Part shown: piece after piece, positions 53,412 through 64,000 of the stretch | Layout of the letters: each line of letters starts with the position of its first letter | How positions within the stretch are numbered: the stretch's first letter is position 1 | Source: Tubiluchus corallicola | Taxonomy: Eukaryota; Animalia; Priapulida | Length of the DNA: 64,000 nt | NCBI GenBank assembly: GCA_030141605.1 | Contig: JAQGDQ010000746.1 | Coordinates: 38,796-102,795 of the forward strand | Reading direction: 5' to 3' | The notes under the pieces: generated by a model | Database searches by the model: none | What the model saw: the letters and a program-made list of their open reading frames with translations, nothing else | Told to the model about the DNA's origin: nothing | Position numbers and translations under genes: made by a program

Positions 53412-53895
53412 CTTCTTCTTGCCAGCTTTTCCCTATTCGGGGTCGCCGTTGTGAATGAGTCTTCTCCACGCATTACTGTTGTTGACCATCTCTTCATTTA
53501 TGTCTTCCCTTCCCACATGATATTCACCGACTCTTCTTTTCAGGTGTCCATACAATCGCGAGGCTTCCACTACTTTTACTGTTCCTCTGATATTATTATT
53601 TCTAATTTTATCTCTTCTTGTTATTCCCACCATCCATCTCAACATCTTCGTCTCCACCACACCCATTTTCTTCTCTTCGGTCTTCTTTAGAGAAGCTGCT
53701 TCCAGCCCATAGATTAGAGCGGGTCTGACCACTTCTTTGTGGACTTTACCAAGTCTCACCGACTCATTCATAGAAGGTTTTGGCGCAGTTTTTACAGGCG
53801 GATGCCCTTCCTGACCCTAACCCTCCCTATTTATCCGGGTTTGGGACCGGCACTGAGTTGGGCTGGCTTGCCCCCCCCCCCCCAGTGGCTAGGTT
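53412..53895 (-). mobile_element. Internally deleted non-autonomous RTE-clade retroelement
   Basis: 14-bp TSD AACTGCGTATCCAT; RTE-like 5' UTR fused to RT C-terminal remnant (VVRPALIYGLE...KMLRWMVGITRRDKIRN); (GAA)n tail. Confidence 0.88.
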
Positions 53896-54559
53896 AACTG
53901 CGTATCCATAAAAACCCCAAAATACAATTTTACGGCGTTATACTCTTTATTAAGAGTAGACATAGTAAACATAACCATATAACAGAATAAATTTAACTGC
54001 TAGGAATCGAAAAAATTAATGGCCGTGTCGTATACGAACAAATTAGCTTGCAAAATTTAGCGCTGTTTAGTACATACCTCTTAGTGTAATATGGGTTTAT
54101 TAGCATTGCAAAGTTTGCAGTAAACCTATTTTTAACAGTTGCACGTGCTGCACCCGTGATATATGTAAGGCGTTATAATGTTTGTTAATTGTGCATATAT
54201 ATATGTGTGTGTGTGTATTGTTATACACATATATATATATATATTATATGTTATGTTATATGTTATATATATATATATATTGTATATATATTATACAATA
54301 TATTAATATATACAATTATATTATATATAATACAATATATATGTGTATATGTATGTAGATGTATATACACACATATATATATACATAGATACATATATAT
54401 ATAGGACGTCTTGTTTTTTGTGAAATAACAACAAGTTTCATAAAATGTGGATAAAGACCCAGGAATAATAGTATGTTAGTACTGTAATTAATAATAATCG
54501 TGATATTAAAACCATAAATAATTTACTCCGTTGAGAACCGTACGATGCAACTCCAAATC

Positions 54560-54867
54560 GTTGAACGAATACTGCTGAGTGTCTTACTGAGTTGAACGAA
54601 TACTGCTGAGTGTCTTACTGAGTTGAACGAATACTACTGAGTGTCTTACTGAGTTGAACGAATACTGCTGACTATCCTACTGAGTTGAACGAATACTGCT
54701 GAGTGTCTTACTGAGTTGAACGAATACTGCTGACTATCCTACTGAGTTGAACGAATACTGCTGAGTGTCTTACTGAGTTGAACGAATACTGCTGATTATC
54801 TTACTTAGTTGAACGAATACTGCTGACTATCTTACTGAGTTGAATGAATACTGCTGACTATCTTACT
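54560..54867. repeat. 31-bp minisatellite, ~10 copies
   Basis: Unit GTTGAACGAATACTGCTGAGTGTCTTACTGA. Confidence 0.93.
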
Positions 54868-55129
54868 TTTTACAAGCGCCCCTGACAGCTCAAGCCTAGA
54901 AGTGCTTAGACTCATTTTGCATTTGACTACTGATTCAGCCGAAAGCTGATTCGGCGCTCATAAACAGGGACTTTTCACTTGTTTCGCTCTCTGTTCATAT
55001 AGTTTTCAAATGCTACAATATAAACATACGGAATTTGCAAGAAAATATGTGTTTTAATTTGTTTTGTCTGAAATCTTTGCAGTGCATTTTATAAGATGTC
55101 GAACAATATACATGTTTATAGTTGACGCA

Positions 55130-56024
<895 letters not shown>

Positions 56025-57419
56025 ATATAGGAAAATCATTAGTGATTGAAAGTTACCAGCTGCTTGCCTTGTATTGACATTTACTGTTACAATTGATTTT
56101 GTAAGACAAAATTAACCACTGATTCACTAACTCAGCCTAAATTTACTCATCACCTCGCACATTCAAATCACTGACTCACTGACTCACTAACTCACTTACT
56201 CAGTCACTAATGACTCATCAGTTTATTCATGGCACTAGCTTTGAGGTAGATAGAAGCCCACGAATCATTACAAATGTATGCCCAAAATACCGACTAGCTA
56301 AATCTGATGGCTTCTCAATACCTCAGTTTAAGCGTGGCTTCTAAATCTACCATAAATAACTTGCTGCAATAATTTGTTTTTAAAGCAAGAACAAAAATGC
56401 TGAAAATATTTGGGTTTAATTTTCTTTATCAGTATTTATATACCGTCGTCACAAATGAATCATCCGAGTTGCTCCATGAACAAGTTTATTAGTTGTAAAC
56501 GCCTTCGATTTCGATATTTTATTGCAGTAACCGTCCCACTGGAAACTAAGGGGCACCCCTAAGGAGCAAACCCGGATGCGTGGGTGTACATTCTTGTATA
56601 TCTGAAACTTATTTCGTACGTACTTGGTTTAGATCACGTGCAAAATTGATAGCAGAATAAAGATTATTGGTTTTCAGTAAGATGTGTTATAATGTTATAA
56701 TTTTTCTCTATTTAAACTTGAATAAGAGAGTTAGAACCAGAATTACAGAATGAAATTAACAATCTAATTACTCTGATTAATGACTGTCTATAAAAGCAAA
56801 AGGAAACAATATTTAGAAACAAAAATCAATCTCTGACAAACTTTGTACAATTAGAGTAAAACAACGACTGTAGATGGCAGCATAGACTAATTCAGTACTT
56901 TAGTGTAGTAGACTGAATTAAATGAATCACATAATACCACAATCGCGTACTCGGTACAATAAGCGACATTTTCTGTACCTAGCCTGACCGATTGCTAGTT
57001 TAGTTTAAGTGGGTCTGTGACAAAGCATCATAAAAAACGTATTCTGTTACTCATCACTCGAATGTTCTGTAATGTTCACTTTTATATGCAGTTTTGATGA
57101 TGTCACTATATGACTACTGCTACTATTAAAATGATTGTCTATGAGTCAACGCTTTTCGTCTGGCTTCACATTTGCACATTTGAAACGTTTTTCTGATAAA
57201 CGTCGTACATGTTACTTTCGTTAGAGATATTCACTGCAGGTTTCATTAGTTTGTCTCTATCTGGTTTCGTACGTTGTGGTTAAGTGGCGAAAAGCTTGTC
57301 ACAATTAAGAAATCTGAGCGTTAGATAAGTCAGTACCTTAGGTAGCAGGTTGGGCCATATCAGAAGGATGAAATAAAATTCAAAGGATAAACAAATAAGT
57401 TAAGAAATAAACTAATATG

Positions 57420-57695
57420 TGAATGGGCGAACAAATGATCGAATGAATGAACGAACGAATGAACGAACGAAAAAACGAACGAATGAACGAACGAACGAAC
57501 GAACGAACAAACAAATGTTCCAATGATTGAACAAACAAACAAACGAAGGAGTGAATGAAGAAAGGAAGGATGGAAGAAAGGAAGGGAGGAAAAATGAAGG
57601 ATGAAGCAACGAACGAAGGATGAAGTAAGGTCGTAAGAAAGGAAGAAAGGAAGAAAGGAAGGAAGGAAGGAAGGAAGGAAGGAAGGAAGGATGAA
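57420..57695. repeat. (GAAC/GAAT/GAAG)n tetranucleotide mosaic
   Basis: Tetranucleotide runs. Confidence 0.85.
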
Positions 57696-58128
57696 TTAAA
57701 GAAGATAATCCAACTAAGAAAGAATTTTAATGCACACATCGGCCAATAAATTAAGTTTGAAATAAAAGATGTCGACTGGATAGTGCTGTCACCTGGTGAT
57801 AGCTTAATTATATGAGCAAGCTGTTTGTTTGAAGCGCCGTCTATACACAAGCTTCACTGAATAGTTCACAGGTTGGCTGCAAAGGAGTAACACCAGATTA
57901 ATGAAAGTCGGTGTGAAACAGCTTTACGTTAGTATGCTTTTTGATAACCTCTTGACGTCTTGCTAAATAGTTAACAAAGTAGTTCAAGTAAAATTAAGAC
58001 ACACTAACATTCGATTAAGATGTTATTTTGCTTTTATAATCAATCTACGGAGTTCTTAGCCATCTGTGGATTCAATTCAATGCAATTTATTTGTCTGATT
58101 GGCCAAAAATTACCCCTTGTGTGTGTAT

Positions 58129-58131
<3 letters not shown>

Positions 58132-58220
<89 letters not shown>

Positions 58221-58232
58221 TGTGTTTGTGTG
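58132..58232. repeat. (TG)n microsatellite
   Basis: TG run. Confidence 0.97.
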
Positions 58233-59137
58233 CGTTTAAAACCCGAGGTAAGTGCACGATCACAGAGAATCTAGGTATTCAGTACAGTGTGGATCGAAAA
58301 AAATATCGTACTTGGTACCTCTACAAAATACTGCACCGTAATTCCGTACCAAATTTCGTACTAAGTTCATGTTGGATCTACAATAAAAATTAATTGTAAA
58401 ATCATACCTATACTAAACAGTTATAGCTGCTATAGTCATTAAATACTTTGACGGCACAAGTTAATGTAACGGTCCGTACGTCCCGAAATTCTTTTGTCGG
58501 CCAAGCAAACGTTTAACTCGGGTGATATGCATACGTTACTGTTGCAAAACAGTGGTGTTAGCTTAATCAAGTTATTTTAATTTTACATACTATTAAAAAA
58601 TAATAGTCTTTCTGTCTTTTATATCATCCCACATATGAACTTCATTCATTGCATCATTTTAAGCACTAATTTTTTTTTTATCACGATTCACTTTAAATTT
58701 TCAGATTATTTCCATTACTTTTTTTCTATCACTGTGTGGGACAATCTAACAAGCCCTGCTTTTTGATTGCCCGCAACAGATTTACCTTCGTGTATAGGTA
58801 AACAGTGTTTGAGGCTTTTCCTGTGCAGTATTTCTTATTTGTATTACGTTCATTGTAGGCCCTTTCACTAGATATTGTACATGAAACTATTGTAAATGTG
58901 TAAGATGAAATAAATGACTTATGACTTATGACTTTACACAGATCAGCAAAGTTCTAAGCATTCTTCATTAATGACGTACATTTTGAAATGTTCTTGCTTG
59001 AACAGAATCTGCATAGCTTGAGACGTGCAGTAATGTCTACTACAAAATAGCTAGACACCGCTGTTAAAACACGTCACGTGACTTGATTGGTGTCAAGCTT
59101 GGGAAGCAATCTGTAAACAAATACAAACGTAATTTAT

Positions 59138-59148
59138 GGGAAATTTCC
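59138..59148. promoter_or_regulatory. NF-kB/Rel site upstream of the IL-17R-like gene
   Basis: GGGAAATTTCC, a consensus kB-type site ~1.8 kb upstream of the ATG. Confidence 0.45.
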
Positions 59149-59989
59149 AAACATCTTTTGGCTTTGCACTCAAAGGGACACCTAGATTTAGCAGGTTACT
59201 TGTTTGCTTGTACTCTGTGTTAATTGAGGGGATACAAATTAACGTCATCACTTAGCTGAGTTGCTGACCTAGATAGAAATGTTACATCTATCTGAAACTG
59301 GCGATTGAAATTATCCCGGAAAACGTACCGTTCAATTTGCTAGACACCTAGATACACATGTTAAGCATCTATTTTCGTACCAGTACTCTGAACTGATACT
59401 CTACTGTAACGGTCACTGTACTAGATACCTAGATACTCTACTGTTACATGCCAACCTTACACCGTGTGGAAGTTGGAATTGACACATTGTAATTAAGGTG
59501 CTGCCATCTATGTGCTAGACTCCTAGATATACATGTCTACCAGCTGATCTTAACCTTCAGTATAATTGATATGGTCCAGTGACTACATGTACACTTAGCT
59601 AGGTCACTCTCCCTATCTACAAATTACATGGTATGTTGTGAAACCTGTGCAACTCTGCATATGGTCAAGTTCAATTACCTGTATCACTGAGCTAGTGAAA
59701 CTAGGTTTTACTGACTGTTTTTGCATTTCTAGTCTTTTGCTCAGATGTTGCAGTGACAGCAGTTATTGCTACTCATGTTTTCTAGTACGTTTAGATAAAC
59801 ACTGTTACATGTTGTCTTGCAGTGCAGAATATTGATATGATATAGATTTTTTGTTCACTTATCCATACTTCTCTAGATGCACATGAAACATCAATCATAA
59901 CACAAGTGAGTGAAAAACAACTGCAAAAATCACTGTTCACACACCGCTAGTCACTGTGACGATTCACCAGTATATACCATACCGAGTCC

Positions 59990-60520
59990 TAAACTTGAAA
60001 TTGAAATGATAAAAATTAATGTTCACTTAGCTAGGCACCTAGATACTCATGTTACATCTATCTTAAACCAGAAATTGAAATGATAAAAATTAATGTTCAC
60101 TTAGCTAGGCACCTAGATACACATGTTACATCTATCTTAAACCAGAAATTGAAATGATACAAAATTAATGTTCACTTAGCTAGACACCTAGATACACATG
60201 TTACATCTATCTTAAACCAGAAATTGAAATGATAAAAATTAATGTTCACTTAGCTAGGCACCTAGATTCACATGTTACATCTATCTTAAACCGGAAATTG
60301 AAATGATAAAAATTAATGTTCACTTAGCTAGACACCTAGATACACATGTTACATCTATCTTAAACCGGAAATTGAAATGATAAAAATTAATGTTCACTTA
60401 GCTAGACACCTAGATACACATGTTACATCTATCTTAAACCGGAAATTGAAATGATAAAAATTAATGTTCACTTAGCTAGACACCTAGATACACATGTTAC
60501 ATCTATCTTAAACCGGAAAT
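59990..60520. repeat. 74-bp minisatellite, ~7 copies, upstream of the IL-17R-like gene
   Basis: GAAATTGAAATGAT recurs about every 74 bp from 59997; degenerate relatives at ~59250-59620. Confidence 0.93.
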
Positions 60521-60946
60521 CATTTCGGGCAATTCTTTATTATTGGAAATGAATCTTTTTGGTTTTTTATTTTTCAAACGACATCTATGACGGTAATTTT
60601 GAATAACATGCTACACTTGTTAGAATTTCTCTAAAGTTTCAGGGAACTTTTGAAATTCTTAGTTCCACTGTGCGCTGTTGTTATTCAGTCTTACTTTCAA
60701 TGCAAAGCAAACTTGTCAACACGTTAGAAAAATTTGTCACTATCAATCCTGCAAAGGTGTTCATAGCAAGTTCATAGATACACATGTATTAATATAAATA
60801 AGACTATCAGTATATGTGTACTTTGCCCCCATTGCGCCATCGCTACAGTAGCTCCACAAGCGGCCGAGCATTTGCACCGGTGGGTCCTCAAACGTGAACA
60901 TTTGCAATTGTATCTTCAAAAACGGTGAATCATCGTGACTCTCATC

Positions 60947-62947
60947 ATGGCAGGAAAAGTGCTTCAGATTTTTATTGCTTCATTCTTAGTGGCTTCGTGT
61001 ATTGCATCGAGTCTGCATAGTAATCACTCGCACGATCTTTATGAAATTGTCAAGGTAAATTTAACTCACTGTCCTAGTCAAAAATATTCGAGAAATCGAC
61101 CAACTGGACCCAGAAATTTAGTTGTTAATCAGACAAGAACAGGGTCGTTTTACTTACTGAACATCAGCTGGACTATAGCTGATGACAGCGACGTGGCACA
61201 TCTGCAGGGTTTTTACATTCTTCTTGAAAACAAGCAGGAAAAGTTTTGTTACAGCGTTTCCAATTGGAAAACTAATGACACAGATTCCTTACGTGGTGTT
61301 AAAGTATTCTACGACCGTGTGGTTGTTACTGCAGACACCGTCTACTCTTTGAGAGTGTGCAGTATACCGGTAAGTATTGACAATTGTGAGCAACGCACGA
61401 TAAAGGTTAGCAAAATAGACCCAAAGAACTGGAAACCACTGATGACCACAAAGGCGTATGCACATAATGGTACTTTGGAATTAACGTTTGAGTTGCTGAA
61501 GTACAATAATTACTTTGATGGATATTTCATTACACTAAAAAAGTACCATAATGGTGGTCACGATGATTGTGGAAAACATGGAGGCGATTACGAATTAGTC
61601 GAGAAACGTGAAGTAAGTGCTGCTGAGGCTAAGAATTACAGTCAGTGGACAATTCAGTCAGATCTAAGGAAATACAAAAACATCAAGGAATTTGACGGAT
61701 GGTACTGCTATCACCTGAGACCTTTCAAGAAAGATCAAGGACTATCATATAGGGATAGCTATATTGACATTGAATTTATTGACGAGTGTTCAGAAATATC
61801 AAAGTGGTCTCCCGATAATTTCAACGCATCTGTTGTTGAACATCGGGATCCAGGAAGCATTCGGATAACCTTTACAAGGATGCCAACTAACGAAAGTCTG
61901 CAATATCTGTTGAGAGTCGTATCCAACCAAAGCAATGCTTCGTTTACGAAAATTGTGCATGGTGACGCCGGCAGTGAAGTAATGATTGATTCGATTCCAG
62001 AAGGACAATATAGAGTAGCAATTTCAATTTATGATCCGTCGATAAATGGCAGCGAATGTCAGTTCTGCAGAAAAAGCTTAAGTGGGACTTGCGCATCACA
62101 ATGCGACTGCAAAGAAACATATTTTCCTGGCCTGTTTACTATAAAGCATTCTATAAGATTTGTGCTATCGTTATCTTTTGCAGCAGTTCTTTTGATCGCT
62201 GGAATCGTGATAGCTGCTTTTGTGATAAAAAAGTGCTGTAGTGGTCACACTACGGTATTTCGACAGAATCCCAGCGTGTATGTTGTTTACTATCCAGACT
62301 GCAAAGAGCATGTTGTTGCCGTCAAAAGTCTTGTTGTGTTATTAAACAAACAGGAATCCCTGAAAGTTCGGTGTGATTTAAATAACAAAGCCCGTGAACT
62401 CAATGAAAATGGACTGCAAGAGTGGATTGACAAGCAAACGGAAACGGCAACATTTATTATTATTGTTGCCTCAGAAGGCTGCGCTCGTATCTTATCATCT
62501 CAAGGTAGCAAAGATGTGTTAGAACCTAAACGAAGCGTTGCCAATGCTTTTCAATATGCCAGTCGTCGGGACATGTTACCTCGTCATAAGTTTGACAAAC
62601 CCGAAATCTTGGATAAATGTGTTCTAGTCAAATTTGAGTATGCCAGTAACATCGAGGTGAGCAGGTTTAAGCATAACTCTACTTTCATATTGAAGGAAGA
62701 TCCTAATAGCTGGAATAACTTTTTTTGCCATATCTATGACAAACCAGTGAAGCATACTAAAGCAATCCCTATTGACTTTGACCTGACAGAGTTTGGAAAA
62801 TCTATCGAGAAAATGAAAGAAGTCACTGAAGACCCAAACTGGTTTAGTAATATGTACTGGTTTACAGAAAATCCTACAGAAGATGCAGAGTCAGAGTCGC
62901 AATCGTTACTAGAGCAGGAAACCACCTTCGTGAAGCAACCGTACTGA
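60947..62947 (+). CDS. Interleukin-17 receptor-like protein (signal peptide, FnIII-like ectodomain, TM, SEFIR), intronless CDS
   Basis: 666-aa ORF from ATG 60947; signal MAGKVLQIFIASFLVASCIAS; TM FVLSLSFAAVLLIAGIVIAAFVI; SEFIR-type motifs VYVVYYPDCKEHVVAV and GLQEWIDKQTETATFIIIVASEG. Confidence 0.88.
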   Translation: MAGKVLQIFIASFLVASCIASSLHSNHSHDLYEIVKVNLTHCPSQKYSRNRPTGPRNLVVNQTRTGSFYLLNISWTIADDSDVAHLQGFYILLENKQEKFCYSVSNWKTNDTDSLRGVKVFYDRVVVTADTVYSLRVCSIPVSIDNCEQRTIKVSKIDPKNWKPLMTTKAYAHNGTLELTFELLKYNNYFDGYFITLKKYHNGGHDDCGKHGGDYELVEKREVSAAEAKNYSQWTIQSDLRKYKNIKEFDGWYCYHLRPFKKDQGLSYRDSYIDIEFIDECSEISKWSPDNFNASVVEHRDPGSIRITFTRMPTNESLQYLLRVVSNQSNASFTKIVHGDAGSEVMIDSIPEGQYRVAISIYDPSINGSECQFCRKSLSGTCASQCDCKETYFPGLFTIKHSIRFVLSLSFAAVLLIAGIVIAAFVIKKCCSGHTTVFRQNPSVYVVYYPDCKEHVVAVKSLVVLLNKQESLKVRCDLNNKARELNENGLQEWIDKQTETATFIIIVASEGCARILSSQGSKDVLEPKRSVANAFQYASRRDMLPRHKFDKPEILDKCVLVKFEYASNIEVSRFKHNSTFILKEDPNSWNNFFCHIYDKPVKHTKAIPIDFDLTEFGKSIEKMKEVTEDPNWFSNMYWFTENPTEDAESESQSLLEQETTFVKQPY

Positions 62948-63196
62948 GCGAATATTGTGGTCTTTCTGCTGGTCGGAAGATTTGCTCGAGAAAACGTGAA
63001 TGCTGTGCATTTTCATGGCTACCAGTTGCGCAACCTTCTTACTGTACTTTGACTAATCGCGCAGTCTTGGTAAGATTGCATCATTTCTGTTACACACTAC
63101 AATTATATCAGCAACCAGACGAATGCAGGCATAATAATTAGTATTTATTAAACTATTTAGGAACTTAAACAAAGAAGATCAGAACAGCAAGACAGT

Positions 63197-63424
63197 CTAG
63201 AATGAAGAACACTTCCTACATGCTCTATCCCCACCTCCACCCCTACTACTCCCGCTGTCCGGACATTCTCTGGCAAAATGTCCCTCTTCGCCACATTTCC
63301 TGCAGCCCCTGCCTCCACTGCCACCACGGTTGCCAGACGTACATTCCTTTGCAAAGTGTCCTTCTTCACCGCACTTGTGACAGGTTTTGCTGCCGCTCTT
63401 CCTTGAATTTGAACAATCTTTGCA
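63197..63424 (-). pseudogene. vasa-like CCHC zinc-knuckle fragment
   Basis: Hand translation KTCHKCGEEGHFAKECTSGNRGGSGGRGCRKCGEEGHFARECPDSGSSRGGGGDRACRKC then stop; no start codon, third knuckle cut. Confidence 0.8.
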
Positions 63425-63456
63425 TTATTTAGTTGGCATAAGGCCCATTGGCAAGC

Positions 63457-63665
63457 ATGTCTGATGATGATTGGGGATCTCCTACTGCTGCAGGCAGCGG
63501 CTTCAAAATGTCAGGCATTAGCAACCCATCTCCAGGAATAGGTTTCGGACGAGGGTTGAGTTTTCAGAAAGTTGCTTGAGATGTCAGCACTAATGGCTGG
63601 AATAGCTCTAATACGTTAACTCGACCAGTAGGTGGCACTGGATGGAGCGGTAGTAATTCATTAAC
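63457..63665 (+). pseudogene. vasa-like N-terminal fragment with in-frame stop
   Basis: MSDDDWGSPTAAGSGFKMSGISNPSPGIGFGRGLSFQKVA*DVSTNGWNSS...GGTGWSGS; acidic-Trp start and FGRG are typical of invertebrate Vasa N-termini; TGA at 63577. Confidence 0.6.
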
Positions 63666-64000
63666 TGATAAGCATAAACTTCTTAACTGCCTATATATGT
63701 GCCTGACTGTGTATACTAATAACTTGCAATGTGGACAATGAGTAAACCAGTGTCAGTTTCAAAGTCTTAAGTAGGAACTACCCATGGAAACTGTTACACG
63801 CTACAATTATATCAGCAACCAGACGAATGCAGGCATAATAAGTAGTAATTATTAAACTATTTAGGAACTTGAACAAAGAAGATCAGAACAGCAAGACAGT
63901 CTAGAATGAAGAACACTTCCTACATGCTCTATCCCCACCTCCACCCCTACTACTCCCGTTGTCCGGACATTCTCTGGCAAAATGTCCCTCTTCGCCACAT

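Larger units (their letters stand above)
63087..64000. repeat. ~704-bp tandem duplication carrying the vasa-like fragments
   Basis: 63087 CTGTTACACACTACAATTATATCAGC... recurs at 63791 and stays nearly identical to the window end. Confidence 0.9.

Noticed and set aside
63157-63432. ORF-track proteins 63157-63369 (-) and 63202-63432 (+)
   Set aside because: Off-frame or antisense readings of the zinc-knuckle fragment.

Overview
AT-rich, intron-containing invertebrate (metazoan) genomic DNA; the species cannot be assigned from the sequence. Genes: (1) cyclin F (CCNF) on the minus strand, 10 coding exons at 939-15722 with consistent splice phases, running off the left edge; (2) two tandem single-coding-exon paralogous two-TM proteins with PPxY/LPxY motifs (20213-20830, 25140-26036); (3) a 3-exon, 120-aa neuropeptide precursor on the minus strand (32493-48053), assembled by hand from three separate ORF fragments, whose predicted product ...RPCHFKLCPLG-amide joins a CNMamide-type ring to an oxytocin-type PLG-amide tail; (4) an intronless IL-17-receptor-like SEFIR gene (60947-62947) preceded by an NF-kB site and a tandem array of ETS/IRF-like motifs; (5) scrambled, duplicated vasa-like fragments at the right edge. 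The rest is non-autonomous transposons (hAT, Kolobok-like, Tc1/pogo, Helitron), 5S- and tRNA-derived SINEs, LINE remnants, and many unrelated locally amplified minisatellites, several of which copy a splice donor or stop codon. All family calls come from motif recognition by eye; no database search was run.
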